In this document: positions 12,707 to 23,493 of the stretch, piece after piece | How positions within the stretch are numbered: the first letter of the stretch is position 1 | How the letters are laid out: every line of letters begins with the position of its first letter | Assembly (NCBI GenBank): GCA_963744995.1 | Contig: CAVUWA010000005.1 | Location: 192,001 to 256,000 of the forward strand | Length of the DNA: 64,000 bases | Direction: 5' to 3' | DNA from: Candidatus Eiseniibacteriota bacterium | GTDB lineage: Bacteria > Eisenbacteria > RBG-16-71-46 | Made by a program: the position numbers and the translations under genes | Notes under the pieces: generated by a model | Databases searched by the model: none | Seen by the model: only the letters and a program-made list of their open reading frames with translations | What the model was told of the DNA's origin: nothing

Positions 12707-13915
12707 TCAGCGGACCCGGTGTTCGATCCGGGCGACCTCGGTGCGGCGCGGATAGCGGCCGAGGTGGTGATACTCGGCGTTGGCGTCGCTGATGCGCTCG
12801 TTGACCGCGCTCGCGACCAGCCGGTGGGCGCCCGCCGGGACGCGGTAGCCGAGGGTGACGGTCACCGAATCGCCGGGTGCGAGGCGGGTATCGCCGAGCT
12901 TCTTCGCCACCGGGTACCACTGCCAGCGCTGCGCGATCCGGTGCCGGGTCACGGCGAGCGTGTCGCCGTCCGCACCGATCGCGGCGAGGGTGACGATCAC
13001 CGCCCGCTCGGGATCGCCGGTCGGCAGCATGTGGCCGGCGTTCGCGTTGCGCGCCGTGACGCGCCACACGGCGCGCTCCCCGGGCCGCGTCCGCGGCGCG
13101 GGCGCGGCCTCGAGCGCGATCCCCGGCGGGATGAGCGCCGCGAGCGAATCCCACAGCGCGCGATCCGGCTCGCCGCCCTTCGGCAGCCTGCTGCCGATCC
13201 AGCTGTGGTGGCGCGCCGCCCGCACCGGCCCGTGCGGCACCAGCGGCCGCTCGATTCGCGGCATGTGGCAGTCCTGGCAGATCTTCCCCTGCCTGGCGTA
13301 CGGACCGGCGCGCCACTCGTCGCCCGTCTGGAACACGCACACGAAAGACTGGCCCGGGAAGACCATCTCCGCCTGATGGCAGCGCTCACAGATCGCGGTC
13401 GTCCTGAGCGTCGTGTCGCGGCGCACCGCGTGCGGCGCCCGCGTGTTGCCCCACGGGCCGATCACGGCGCCGTCGCGAACGTGACAGGCGGCGCAGGTGA
13501 TGCCTTCCCGGCGCAGCGCAGGATCCCACGCGCGGTTCGCGCGGCGGCGCGGATGCGCGACGTCGCCGCCCGCCAGGGCGACGACCAGCGAATCGAGCTG
13601 GTTCTCGAGCGGCGTGTGGCAGTTGATGCACATCCAGCCGACGGCGGGCTGCTTGTGGAGTTCGGCCTGGAACTGCGGGTCGGTCCAGGCCTGTGCATGC
13701 ACGGACTGGCGCCACTCACGATAGATCGCCACATGACAGGCCCCGCACGAGGCGGCCGACAGCGATCCGAGCCCGCGCGGCACGCGCTGCAGCGGCACCG
13801 GCCGCTCGAGCGGAGGCCGGGTCGCATAGAAATCGGCGGGCGCCTGGCGGTCCGCCGCATGCGGGCCCGCGACGGCCGCGAGCGCCGCCAGAGTCACAAT
13901 CGAAAGGCTGCGCAT
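12707..13915 (-). CDS. Periplasmic pentaheme c-type cytochrome (c554/c552-4-like)
   Basis: Signal peptide; five CxxCH motifs (CGACH, CINCH, CAACH, CERCH, CQDCH); AGHMLPTG motif. Confidence 0.85.
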   Translation of the reverse strand: MRSLSIVTLAALAAVAGPHAADRQAPADFYATRPPLERPVPLQRVPRGLGSLSAASCGACHVAIYREWRQSVHAQAWTDPQFQAELHKQPAVGWMCINCHTPLENQLDSLVVALAGGDVAHPRRRANRAWDPALRREGITCAACHVRDGAVIGPWGNTRAPHAVRRDTTLRTTAICERCHQAEMVFPGQSFVCVFQTGDEWRAGPYARQGKICQDCHMPRIERPLVPHGPVRAARHHSWIGSRLPKGGEPDRALWDSLAALIPPGIALEAAPAPRTRPGERAVWRVTARNANAGHMLPTGDPERAVIVTLAAIGADGDTLAVTRHRIAQRWQWYPVAKKLGDTRLAPGDSVTVTLGYRVPAGAHRLVASAVNERISDANAEYHHLGRYPRRTEVARIEHRVR

Positions 13916-14282
13916 GGGTTCTGGAATCCTGACTTTGTTCAGCTTCACGATACACGTGCCCTGCACTCAACGAAACCCGCGCGGCGCGCGCTATGGCCTT
14001 GACGGGGCCTCGATCGTGGCGCAGGTTCCCCGTTGTTCCCCGGCACCAATCGACGCGGACGGATCCACGTCGGATCCGGAGACCATACGGCGGGGCCGCA
14101 TCCACAGGGACGCACCCATGAACCGCTCACCCCCAGGTTTCTGTTCTCCCCCACCGAACCCGCTTGCCCGGGTTCCTGCAGCGATCTGCCCTTGAGACGA
14201 GTCCCCCCTCCGTGCCCCGTCATGCTCGCCGGGCCCGGCTGCCGGGGGCAGACCCAGCACCTGCAAGAAGAAGGGAATCGAC

Positions 14283-15914
14283 ATGCACTTCCGGAGACTC
14301 CTGTTCACGACCGCGGCGATGATGCTCACCGCTTCGCTCGCACTTGCCCAGCCCCCGTACGTCACCCAGTGGGGCTCCCACGGTTCCGCTCCCGGCCAGT
14401 TCGACCTGCCGTGGGGGATCGCCGTCAACCCGTCGACGGGCGAGGTCTACGTCGCCGACCAGAACAACAACCGCGTCCAGGTTTTCGATCCGAACGGCGC
14501 CTTCCTGCGCCAGTTCGGCACCCAGGGCAGCGCGCCCGGCCAGTTCGACCTGCCCTACGGCATCGCCGTCGACGCGGCGGGTGATGTCTACGTGACCGAG
14601 ATGGGGAACAACCGTGTGCAGAAGCTCACGAGCACCGGCGCGCCGATCTCGATGTTCGGCTCGCTCGGCTCGGGCAACGGCCAGTTCAACACGCCTTCGG
14701 GAATCCTCGTCCACTCCTCGGGCGACATCTACGTCAGCGACGGTCTGAACCACCGCATCCAGCACTTCAGCTCCGCGGGCGCCTACCTCGGCAAGTGGGG
14801 CAGCTTCGGCAGCGGCAGCGGGCAGTTCCGCGTGCCGATGGGCCTCGCCGAGGACAGCAACGGCGCGATCTACGTCGCCGACCAGGGCAACGGCCGCGTG
14901 CAGCGCTTCAGCCCGGGCGGCTCGTTCCAGATGCAGTTCGGCACCCGCGGCTCGGCGATCGACCAGTTCGCCTTCCCGCAGGACATCGCCATCGACAGCC
15001 AGGACCACATTTACGTCACCGACATGGCCAACTACCGGGTCAAGCAGTACGACACCCTCGGCGCCCTGGTGGTGACCTGGGGCTCGATGGGCAGCGGCGA
15101 CGGTCAGTTCAACTGGCCCCTCGGCATCGATGTGGACGCGAACGGCGACGTCTACGTGTCGGAGCTCGACAACAGCCGCGTGCAGCGATTCGGCGCCGGC
15201 GGGTGCAGCGGCAACTGTCCGCCCGCGGCGCTCGCGCCCGTTCAGGCATACGTGGACATCGTGCCGGGGACCTACCCCAACATCATCCAGCCGACGTCGA
15301 ACGCCCCGGTCGCGGTGGCCCTGCTCGGCGGCGTGAACTTCAACGTGAACCGCATCCGCACCGCGTCGATCACCCTCAACGGCCGCAAGCCCTACCTGAT
15401 GGCGATCGGCGACGTCGGAACGTCACTCCAGCAGACGGACCAGTGCCACATGACCGATCTCGGCGCGGACGGCTTCGACGACGTCATCTTCAAGTTCCGC
15501 ACCGACGACATCCTCACCGCGCTGCCGAGCTGGCAGGAGGGCGAGACGCGCATGCTGACCGTGAGCGGGACGCTCGATGACGGCACGCCGTTCGCCGCCA
15601 CGGACTGTGTCGCGCTTCGCTACCAGCGCGCGGACCTGAGCCAGACCAGCATCTCCCTGGACTTCTCGGTCGCGCCGCGTGACCCGTCGCGCGCCGGGGC
15701 GCGCATTCAGTACACGGTGCCCGAGCCCGCGCGGGTGTCGTTCACCGTGTATGACGTCGGCGGACGCCGCCTGTCGACCCTGCTCGACGAATGGAGCCCG
15801 CAGGGCGGCCACGTGCTCGACTGGGATTCGGGCGCGCTGCCGAGCGGCGTGTACTTCATCCGCATGGATGCGGGCGAGAAGACGGTGGTGCGGCGGATCG
15901 CGCTGCAGCGCTGA
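14283..15914 (+). CDS. Secreted NHL-repeat beta-propeller protein with C-terminal T9SS/FlgD-like domain
   Basis: Signal peptide; six GQFxxPxGIAV..VYVxD..NxRVQ repeats; YDVGGRR...SGVYFIRM C-terminus. Confidence 0.88.
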   Translation: MHFRRLLFTTAAMMLTASLALAQPPYVTQWGSHGSAPGQFDLPWGIAVNPSTGEVYVADQNNNRVQVFDPNGAFLRQFGTQGSAPGQFDLPYGIAVDAAGDVYVTEMGNNRVQKLTSTGAPISMFGSLGSGNGQFNTPSGILVHSSGDIYVSDGLNHRIQHFSSAGAYLGKWGSFGSGSGQFRVPMGLAEDSNGAIYVADQGNGRVQRFSPGGSFQMQFGTRGSAIDQFAFPQDIAIDSQDHIYVTDMANYRVKQYDTLGALVVTWGSMGSGDGQFNWPLGIDVDANGDVYVSELDNSRVQRFGAGGCSGNCPPAALAPVQAYVDIVPGTYPNIIQPTSNAPVAVALLGGVNFNVNRIRTASITLNGRKPYLMAIGDVGTSLQQTDQCHMTDLGADGFDDVIFKFRTDDILTALPSWQEGETRMLTVSGTLDDGTPFAATDCVALRYQRADLSQTSISLDFSVAPRDPSRAGARIQYTVPEPARVSFTVYDVGGRRLSTLLDEWSPQGGHVLDWDSGALPSGVYFIRMDAGEKTVVRRIALQR

Positions 15915-15942
15915 CGGCTCCGACACGCCAGGACGTGCAGAT

Positions 15943-15965
15943 GGCCGGCCCTCCACGGGCCGGCC
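15943..15965. terminator. Hairpin between convergent genes
   Basis: GGCCGGCCC-TCCAC-GGGCCGGCC perfect stem; no U tract. Confidence 0.45.
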
Positions 15966-16061
15966 GTCCGCGCCTGGGGCCGGGCCGGACCGACACCGTG
16001 GACCGGCGCCGGCGCGCCCCGGACCGCTCCCGCCTTTCTGCGCTCCGCAGCGGCGCGGACG

Positions 16062-16421
16062 CTACGGCTTCGGCAGGATTTCCAGCGTGTCGGGCCGGTT
16101 GGGCACGACGCAGAGGAATTCGAAGCGCTCCTCGCCGAGCACCTGGTACCAATGCGGCGTGCCGGCCGGAATGAACACCACGTCGCCCTGCATGACTTCG
16201 GTGACCTCGTCGCCGATGCCGATCTTCGCGCGGCCCCCGAGCACGTACTGCTCGTGCTCCACGGTGTTGGTGTGGTTCGGAATCCCGCCGCCCGGCTCCA
16301 TGATGAAGCGGCGCAGCGCGAAGTTCGGTCCGACGTCGGGGCCGATCAGCACCTGGCGGCTCGTCCCGGTGCCGGCGGGCACCGGATCGGCCGGAACGTC
16401 TTTGGCGTGCCTGACCACCAT
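16062..16421 (-). CDS. Cupin domain protein
   Basis: PNHTNTVEHEQYVL and GDVVFIPAGTPHW cupin motifs; GGAGGA RBS. Confidence 0.85.
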   Translation of the reverse strand: MVVRHAKDVPADPVPAGTGTSRQVLIGPDVGPNFALRRFIMEPGGGIPNHTNTVEHEQYVLGGRAKIGIGDEVTEVMQGDVVFIPAGTPHWYQVLGEERFEFLCVVPNRPDTLEILPKP

Positions 16422-16576
16422 GGCTCCTCCCATGCGGAGAGCGGCGCGCGCGGGCGGCGCCGCGACCGCGGCTCCGTGTTCGCGGGCACGGCGCGTGCGC
16501 CGGAACGACGTTCCAATCTCGCGCGCACCGGATGCGCGGTCAAGTCGTGCGGGCTTCGCACGGCGCGCCGGATGCG

Positions 16577-16604
16577 AAAAGGGCCGGCGCACGGCCGGCC
16601 CCTT
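16577..16604 (-). terminator. Rho-independent terminator
   Basis: GGGCCGGC/GCCGGCCC stem followed by TTTT on minus strand, just after stop at 16628. Confidence 0.65.
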
Positions 16605-16627
16605 CCGCTCGATGCAGCATGCCCCCG

Positions 16628-18685
16628 CTACTTGAGCATGATCACCTTGTCCGTGACCACGTGGCCCGCGAGTTCGAGGCGCACCAGGTAGACGCCCGGG
16701 GTCAGTCGCGACCCGTTGCGGCGCGTGCCGTCCCAGGTGACGCTGTATTCGCCCGCCGTGCGGAAGCCATCGGCCAGCACCCGGACCGGGCGCCCCGCGA
16801 TGTCGAACACCCGCAGGCTCACCGGCCCGTCCTTCGGCACCACGAAGCGGATCGCCGTGGACGGCGTGAACGGATTGGGCTGTGCGAGCAGCATGCCGCG
16901 CATGGGCGCGACCGGCGTGCCCGGGTCGCCCTGCCCGCCGCCGTCACCGGTGTCGCCGGCGTCCGACTGCGCCTTTTCCACGTGCTCGAGGGTCGAGAGA
17001 TCCACCGTCAGCGGTGCGCCGAGCGCGAAGATGTCGTCCACGACCCAGTCGTTCGCCGCGGTGTCTTCGAAGTGCAGGCTCGTCTTGTCCTGCTGGCCCG
17101 GGGCCTGGAGGTGCAGGCGCGTGACCGCGTCACCGGGGAAGACGAACACGGCGTCCCGGCGGCCGTCGCCGTCCAGGTCGCCGAGATAGGTGTCCGCCAC
17201 GTCCACCACGCCCTTCATGTTGCCGATCTGCGTGCGGTAGTAACGGATCGTCGTCGCGTCGAAGGCCGTGCCGTCGAGATCGTCGGTCCACGAAGGCACC
17301 ACGATCGCCATGCGACCGTCGGCGGTCTGAACGGCTTCGCCGCTCGCCGAGTAGCCGTTCGACGCCCGCGCGCGGCCGCCGCGATCGTGCGGGACACGCA
17401 CGTACGCCGCGGCGAAGGCCTCGTTGCCGGCGCCGTCGAAGGCCCGGTAGGTGATCGTGTACACGCGGCCCTCGCCGTTGCCCGAGCGCTCCGCCCGCAG
17501 CGCGAACGTGGTGTCCGGCGTGCCGGTCGCAGCGCCCTGGACGTCCGGCTGCGTGTGACCGTCGCCGTGGCCGTTGCCCGGCTCGCTGCTCTCGATCGAC
17601 ACCAGCTCGAACCCGGCCTCCGGATCGCACTCGTCACTGACGGTGACGTGCGCCACGATGTCGTCGAACTTGTGGTTCGGCGGCCACAGGCAGGTGCGAT
17701 TGAGATCGACACGGATGGTCGGCGGAATCGTGTCGATCACGGTCACCGTCGCGCCGCAGCTGGCACTGTTGCCGCTGCCGTCGGTGGCGGTGAAGGTGAC
17801 CAGCGTTTCGCCGAGCGGGAAGAAGTCGGGTGCATCGTTGCCGATGGTCAGACTGGTGTCGCAGGAGTCCACGGCCGTGAAGCCGGCGAAGAACGCCTCG
17901 AGCTGCGGATCGTCGGCCGGCGTCCCGCCGCCGCCGGTGCAGTCCACCGTGACGTCTTCGGGGCAGGTCACGACCGGCGCGGAGGTGTCGGCGACGGCCG
18001 CGTCGGCCGTGGCTTCGGCGACCAGCGCGCAGCCGTCGGTGGCGGTGAGCGTGACCCGCACGAGCGCAGCAGAATCCGATACGTCGCTGACTTCGACGCT
18101 GCCGCTCACGAGGATCGTGTCGCCGGAGGCGGTGATCGAGATGTCCGGTGTGCCGAGGGTGGCGTTCGGCGTGAGCAGCGCCACGTTCACCGCGACGTCG
18201 CCGATGGCGAGGCTGCAGTCGTCCAGTGCCCGGCCCGAGAACGTCACCGTGCCGCCGCACGCCTGGCCGGAAGCGCCCTCGACGGCGAGCTGCAGCACCG
18301 GCGCCGCGGCGACCAGCGTGCGCAGGGGGCCGCTGAAGACGACTTCTCCGCCGGCGGTGGCGGTGACGCGTCCTTCGTAGGCGCCCGCCGCCAGACAGGG
18401 CACGTTGACCTCTTCGACGCCGTCGTTCTCCGTGCCGGTCGCGAAGATCGTGATGGTATCGCCCGGAAGCCCGATGAACAGCAGGTCCACGGTCTCGGGC
18501 GGATTGTCGGTGCCGACGTCCCAGGTCAGGATCGCCTGGCAGCCGGCGTGGAGCGGCGCGGGCGACGTCTGCGCACGAGCGATGACGGGAAGCGAGAGCA
18601 GCGTGAGCGCCGCCCCCAGGAGGGCGGCGACGCGGGCCAGGGAGCGCCCGGCGCGCCTGGAGCGCGCGGCGGCGAGGCGGAACAT
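16628..18685 (-). CDS. Secreted HYR/Ig-repeat protein with FlgD-Ig C-terminal domain
   Basis: Signal peptide; HYR-like FPLGETLVTFTATDGSGN; LWPPNHK...LRAERSG..GRVYTITY module; PNPF...WDG...GVYLVRL tail; GGAGG RBS. Confidence 0.82.
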   Translation of the reverse strand: MFRLAAARSRRAGRSLARVAALLGAALTLLSLPVIARAQTSPAPLHAGCQAILTWDVGTDNPPETVDLLFIGLPGDTITIFATGTENDGVEEVNVPCLAAGAYEGRVTATAGGEVVFSGPLRTLVAAAPVLQLAVEGASGQACGGTVTFSGRALDDCSLAIGDVAVNVALLTPNATLGTPDISITASGDTILVSGSVEVSDVSDSAALVRVTLTATDGCALVAEATADAAVADTSAPVVTCPEDVTVDCTGGGGTPADDPQLEAFFAGFTAVDSCDTSLTIGNDAPDFFPLGETLVTFTATDGSGNSASCGATVTVIDTIPPTIRVDLNRTCLWPPNHKFDDIVAHVTVSDECDPEAGFELVSIESSEPGNGHGDGHTQPDVQGAATGTPDTTFALRAERSGNGEGRVYTITYRAFDGAGNEAFAAAYVRVPHDRGGRARASNGYSASGEAVQTADGRMAIVVPSWTDDLDGTAFDATTIRYYRTQIGNMKGVVDVADTYLGDLDGDGRRDAVFVFPGDAVTRLHLQAPGQQDKTSLHFEDTAANDWVVDDIFALGAPLTVDLSTLEHVEKAQSDAGDTGDGGGQGDPGTPVAPMRGMLLAQPNPFTPSTAIRFVVPKDGPVSLRVFDIAGRPVRVLADGFRTAGEYSVTWDGTRRNGSRLTPGVYLVRLELAGHVVTDKVIMLK

Positions 18686-18863
18686 GGGGAACCTCCGGCA
18701 GTGCAATCGGTGCGATTCAGGATGTCGAGTCGGTGCATCGTCGGGAGATCTCGATCCTACCAGAGCGCCCGCCCTGCCGCACCCCCGCGCGGGCCCGTTG
18801 CGCTGCCCGCGCGCCGGATCGTAGGCTCCGCCTCTCACCCGCCGCACCGATCCCGGAGGCCCC

Positions 18864-19247
18864 ATGCTCAACGTGCCCGTCGCGCCCGGCGAATTCCTCG
18901 ACAAGCTGACCATCCTCGAGATCAAGGCCGAACGCATGACGGACGCGGCAAAGCTCGCCAACGTGCGGCGCGAGCTGGAGTTGCTGCGCGCGACCTGGGC
19001 CGCCTCGCCGCTCGCCGCGCGCGACGTTACCGGGCTGACCGCGGCCCTGCGGCAGGTGAACGAAACCCTGTGGGAGATCGAGGACCGCATCCGGGAACTC
19101 GAGGCGGGCGAGCGTTTCGACGCGGAGTTCATCTCGCTGGCACGCGCGGTCTATCGCACCAACGATCGCCGCGCGGCGATCAAGCGCGAGATCAACGTCG
19201 CGCTGGGCTCCGACATCCTCGAAGAGAAGTCGTACACCCCCTACTGA
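18864..19247 (+). CDS. DUF6165-like protein
   Basis: GEFLDKLTILEIK...LWEIEDRIR...ARAVYRTND.RA.IK..IN...EEKSY pattern; GGAGG RBS. Confidence 0.75.
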   Translation: MLNVPVAPGEFLDKLTILEIKAERMTDAAKLANVRRELELLRATWAASPLAARDVTGLTAALRQVNETLWEIEDRIRELEAGERFDAEFISLARAVYRTNDRRAAIKREINVALGSDILEEKSYTPY

Positions 19248-19341
19248 ACCAGCCACGGAGCGCGCAGTCACCGACGCCCACCGCCCCGCGTCCGGCGCGG
19301 CGGCCGGGGCCCCGGACGCCGCTTTCCGCAGGGACCCGTGA

Positions 19342-19836
19342 TCACTCGTCCCGGTAGTGGCGGAGCTCTTCGCGCAGCAGCGGCCTGGCCGCAACGAGGT
19401 AGCCGGTCATCGCCAGGAACGCCACGAAGCCGGCCGCGAACAGCTGCCAGGCCATCACGGACGCACGGATCGCCCTCGAGACGAACAGCACGGCACCGAA
19501 CATGTGGAACAGCACGAGCAGGAACAGCACCGCGCCGATGTACCAGAACTCCGGGCCCTTCTCCGACAGCCGGGCGAGCCACGCCGCCACCATGCCGAGC
19601 GCCTGGAACGCCAGCAGGTGAACGCCGTTGAAGGCGAACACCGGACCCGGCTCGATCCTCAGCGCGCTCGGATCGCGCAGGCCATAGAACATCGCCTCAC
19701 CGAACATCGCGGGCGTGTGGAACAGCCGGTGCCCGGCGCCGAGATCGAACAGCGCGATCACGGCCGCGACGATCGCGTAGCCGATGAGCCCGGCGAAGAA
19801 TCCCTGCGTGACGATGGTCTTCCACTCTCTCTGCAT
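19342..19836 (-). CDS. Hypothetical integral membrane protein (about 4 TM helices)
   Basis: Hydrophobic segments; GGAGG RBS before ATG at 19836. Confidence 0.7.
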   Translation of the reverse strand: MQREWKTIVTQGFFAGLIGYAIVAAVIALFDLGAGHRLFHTPAMFGEAMFYGLRDPSALRIEPGPVFAFNGVHLLAFQALGMVAAWLARLSEKGPEFWYIGAVLFLLVLFHMFGAVLFVSRAIRASVMAWQLFAAGFVAFLAMTGYLVAARPLLREELRHYRDE

Positions 19837-20221
19837 GGAATACCTCCCCGGGTCCGCGCGGCGGATTCCGCACCGGAGAGCCGCCCGTGGACGCCCGCGC
19901 ATGGGGAATGGCATCAAGCGCGCCAGAGCGTCGGCCGCAGCGGCCCACCGCGGGCGCCGGCGCAACCCGCGGCCCGAAGGGGCGTTGGCCGCGGGGCCCC
20001 CGCCGCCGCCGGGGCTCGCACCACGCCGGCGTCACGTGGGGACCTGTCAGGCTGTCGGTGCGAGTGCCAGGCGCTGACCGCGCCACGGGGCGCGGGGCCG
20101 CGGCCGCCCGCCCGTCACCCGGCCTGCCGCGGCCGGGGTGAACGGGTCGCCGGGGAGGACCCGACGCGCTAATCTCCATGCCGTTCGCATTTTGCTCTGA
20201 CCCTCAGGGAAGACCAGACCC

Positions 20222-22267
20222 ATGAATCGAAGAATCGCCCTCGCCCTGGCCGTGCTGGCGCTCCTCGCCGTTGCCGTTCCCGCGCTCGCTGCCGCTCCCG
20301 CCATGGACGCCGAGCACTACCTCGACGGCATCGTCGACCGCTCGGTGGATCCGGGCACCGACTTCTTCCACTACGCCGTCGGCAAGTGGCTCGAGAATCA
20401 CCCGATTCCCGCCACCGAGCGCTCCTGGGGAATCGGCCGGGTCGTGCAGGAAGAGACCTACCAGCGCCTGATCGGCATCAACGACCGGGCCGCCAAGTCC
20501 GCCGGTGCGAAGGGCAGCAACGCGCAGAAGATCGGCGACTTCTGGTTCGCCGCGATGGACACGCAGACCATCGCGAAACAGGGCATGTCGCCGCTCGATC
20601 CCGAATTCGCGCGCATCGCGGCGATCGACTCGAAGGCCGGCCTGCTGAAGGAAATCGCCCGGCTCCAGTACATCGGCGTCAATGTGATGTGCGCCACGTA
20701 CATCTTTCAGGACGAGAAGAACAGCGATCGTTACGCGCTGCACCTCTATCAGGGCGGGCTCGGGCTCCCGAACCGTGATTACTACTTCGACGCCGACGAC
20801 CGCTCGAAGATGCTGCGCGGCGAATACGTGAAACACGTGGGCCGCATGTTCGAGCTGCTCGGCGACGACGCGGACGCCGCCGCCGCGAATGCCGCCACCG
20901 TGATGGCGCTCGAGACCGAGCTGGCCGGGGCCTCGCGGAAGCTCGAGGACCTGCGCGATCCACAGGCGAACTACAACGCCTATGCCATCGACGGTCTGTC
21001 GAAGCTCACGCCGACGATCCACTGGCGCGAATTTCTCGCCGACGGCCACGTTGCCGGAGTGGACTCGGTGATCGTCGGGCAGCCGGAGTTCTTCGAGCAG
21101 GTCGAGAAGTCGCTCCAGACGCACGGGCTCGACGACTGGAAGACCTACCTGCGCTGGCACCTCGCCCATTCGTTCGCGGCCGAGGCCGGCGGCGAATTCG
21201 ATGCCGAGAACTTCCACTTCTACGGCACGATCATGAATGGAATCCCCGAGCAGCGTCCGCGCTGGAAGCGCATGCTCGACCAGGAAGAGAATTACCTGGG
21301 CGACGCGCTCGGCCAGCTGTACGTGGCGAAGTACTTCTCCCCCGCCAGCAAGCAGCGCTACGAAAAGCTCACCGACGAGATCTTCGACGCGTTCCGCGAG
21401 CGCATCCACAAACTCACGTGGATGAGCGAGGCGACCAAGAAACGTGCACTCGAGAAGCTCGACGCAGTCACGAAGAAGGTTGGCTACCCGGACAAGTGGA
21501 AGGACTACTCGAGCTACGAGGTGCGGCGCGATTCGTTCATCGGCAACTGCCTGCGCGGCAACGAGTGGCTCTCCCAGTACTACATCGACAAGCTCGGCAA
21601 GCCCGTCGACCGCACCGAATGGGACATGACGCCGCAGACCTACAACGCCTACTACAGCTCGTCGAACAACGAGATCGTGATCCCCGCGGCGATCTTCGCG
21701 CTGCCCGGCATCGACGACGCACATACCGACGACGCGCTGGTCTACGGCTACGTCGGCGGCACCACCATCGGCCACGAGATCACGCACGGCTTCGACGACG
21801 AGGGCCGGCAGTTCGACGAAAAGGGCAACCTGCACGAATGGTGGACGGCCGAGGACGAAGCCGAGTTCAAGCGCCGCACCCAGGCCATCATCCGGCAGTT
21901 CGACGACTATCTGGTCGTCGACAGCCTGCACGTGAACGGCAAGGCCACGGCCGGTGAAAACATCGCCGACCTGGGCGGCATCGTGCTCGGCTGGGAAGCG
22001 TTCAAGAAGACCGACGAGTACCGGAGCGGCAAGTCGATCGGCGGCTTCACGCCCACGCAGCGCTACTTCATCGGCTGGGCGCTCGGCTGGATGAACCAGC
22101 TGCGCCCCGAGACCATGGCGCTGCGGGTCAAGACCGACGTGCATTCGCCGAGCTTCCTGCGCGTGATCGGCCCCGTCACCAATCAGCCCGCATTCTACAA
22201 GGCGTTCAACGTGAAGCCGGGCGACCCGATGTACCGGCCGGACTCGATGCGCGTGCAGATCTGGTAG
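20222..22267 (+). CDS. M13 family (neprilysin/PepO-like) metallopeptidase
   Basis: Signal peptide; NAYY, GHEITHGFDD (HExxH), GENIADLGG, DVHSP. Confidence 0.95.
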   Translation: MNRRIALALAVLALLAVAVPALAAAPAMDAEHYLDGIVDRSVDPGTDFFHYAVGKWLENHPIPATERSWGIGRVVQEETYQRLIGINDRAAKSAGAKGSNAQKIGDFWFAAMDTQTIAKQGMSPLDPEFARIAAIDSKAGLLKEIARLQYIGVNVMCATYIFQDEKNSDRYALHLYQGGLGLPNRDYYFDADDRSKMLRGEYVKHVGRMFELLGDDADAAAANAATVMALETELAGASRKLEDLRDPQANYNAYAIDGLSKLTPTIHWREFLADGHVAGVDSVIVGQPEFFEQVEKSLQTHGLDDWKTYLRWHLAHSFAAEAGGEFDAENFHFYGTIMNGIPEQRPRWKRMLDQEENYLGDALGQLYVAKYFSPASKQRYEKLTDEIFDAFRERIHKLTWMSEATKKRALEKLDAVTKKVGYPDKWKDYSSYEVRRDSFIGNCLRGNEWLSQYYIDKLGKPVDRTEWDMTPQTYNAYYSSSNNEIVIPAAIFALPGIDDAHTDDALVYGYVGGTTIGHEITHGFDDEGRQFDEKGNLHEWWTAEDEAEFKRRTQAIIRQFDDYLVVDSLHVNGKATAGENIADLGGIVLGWEAFKKTDEYRSGKSIGGFTPTQRYFIGWALGWMNQLRPETMALRVKTDVHSPSFLRVIGPVTNQPAFYKAFNVKPGDPMYRPDSMRVQIW

Positions 22268-22288
22268 CGGGGGCGGCCGCATGACGAA

Positions 22289-22310
22289 GGGGAGGGCCGA
22301 CGCCCTCCCC
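22289..22310. terminator. Hairpin between convergent genes
   Basis: GGGGAGGGC-CGAC-GCCCTCCCC stem. Confidence 0.5.
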
Positions 22311-22340
22311 CTCCTGCAGCGCGACGGTCGGACGCGGCGT

Positions 22341-23372
22341 TCACTGCTTCGCGGGCGGGCCGCCCGCGGGCGAGACCAGCACGTACCCGTCCAGCCGCTC
22401 GCTCTGATCGAGGATCACGACGCCGATCGGCTGGCCGCCCTCGTCGGTCGCGACGCTCTCGACGTGCAGGACCGTCTGCAGATAGCCCTTGCGTCCGTAC
22501 CAGACGTGCACCGCGTCGTCCGGTCCCAGGAACTCGTTCAGATAGCGGATCCGCCAGCCGCCGAGCCGCCCCGCCGCGAGGTCCAGCGAGTCGAAACCTT
22601 CGACGCGCGCTTCGAACCGTGGCGAGTTTCGAATGATCCAGTGCTGGCCGGGCGCGAGTGGATAGCGCAGGCGCAGCAGCTCGCCCTCGGGTGTCGCGCC
22701 GGGTGGGCCGAACAGCCCGCGCGCCGGCGTGGCGATCACCGCTCGCACGGCATCGACCCGTGTGCGCAGATCCTCCCATGCGCGCCCGTACGAGGCACGC
22801 CGCGCCGCGTCGCTCACGCCGGCGACCGCCCTGGACCAGGCCAGCGACAGCGCCTGGTCCGGATCGCCGGCCGGTGCGCGCTGGACGTTCTCGACGGGTT
22901 CGCACGACGGGTCGGGGCCGGTCTGATCGGCTTCGTACAGCCCGTGCCGATCCTGGCGGAACCGCACCCAGATGCTGGACTCGCCGCCGGGATCGGTGGA
23001 CGTGACGTGTTCGGTCAGGTAGTTGCGGCCGTCGATCGTCACCGGGCAGGTCTGATTGCGGACGACGGTGTACGGCGCGGAGCCGTCACCGCTTCCCGCA
23101 TCGGGCGAGCCCAGGATGCGCATCGTGACGAGCCCCTGGTAGTGCCAGCGGTTGCCCGTGGCGAGCGGATAGAAGGCCGCCAGATCCGCCCCCGCGGGAG
23201 TTTTCACGGGAGCAGGCGGGTTGTAGAGCCCGACGGACGACGCGGCATCGGCCGCCGGATCGCCGCTGGACGAGGTGCCGGTGGGGAGCTTTTCGGACGT
23301 CCCGCAACCAGCGAGGAACAGTGCCGGCGCGAGCGCGAGGAACGCGAGGTTCCCGAGCCGAAAGGAGTTCAT
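22341..23372 (-). CDS. Hypothetical lipoprotein
   Basis: LAGC lipobox; FYPLATGNRWHY and WYGRKG motifs; GGAGGT RBS. Confidence 0.75.
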   Translation of the reverse strand: MNSFRLGNLAFLALAPALFLAGCGTSEKLPTGTSSSGDPAADAASSVGLYNPPAPVKTPAGADLAAFYPLATGNRWHYQGLVTMRILGSPDAGSGDGSAPYTVVRNQTCPVTIDGRNYLTEHVTSTDPGGESSIWVRFRQDRHGLYEADQTGPDPSCEPVENVQRAPAGDPDQALSLAWSRAVAGVSDAARRASYGRAWEDLRTRVDAVRAVIATPARGLFGPPGATPEGELLRLRYPLAPGQHWIIRNSPRFEARVEGFDSLDLAAGRLGGWRIRYLNEFLGPDDAVHVWYGRKGYLQTVLHVESVATDEGGQPIGVVILDQSERLDGYVLVSPAGGPPAKQ

Positions 23373-23414
23373 GCATCACCTCCGCGTGTAGGAGGAGCGC
23401 CCGATCGAAAAGAA

Positions 23415-23443
23415 ATCATGAAACTGAACGCGGGAGCGGTCAA
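23415..23443 (-). promoter_or_regulatory. Sigma70-type promoter
   Basis: TTGACC-N17-CATGAT on minus strand, ~40 bp upstream of the lipoprotein start. Confidence 0.6.
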
Positions 23444-23493
23444 GGGCTACTTCGGGCCCGCCGGCCCGATGCGCGGCGCGCCACCGCGGCCGG

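Noticed and set aside
19909..19923. TGGCAT-N-GC sigma54-like site upstream of the M13 peptidase
   Set aside because: Lacks TTGC and lies ~300 bp from the start codon.
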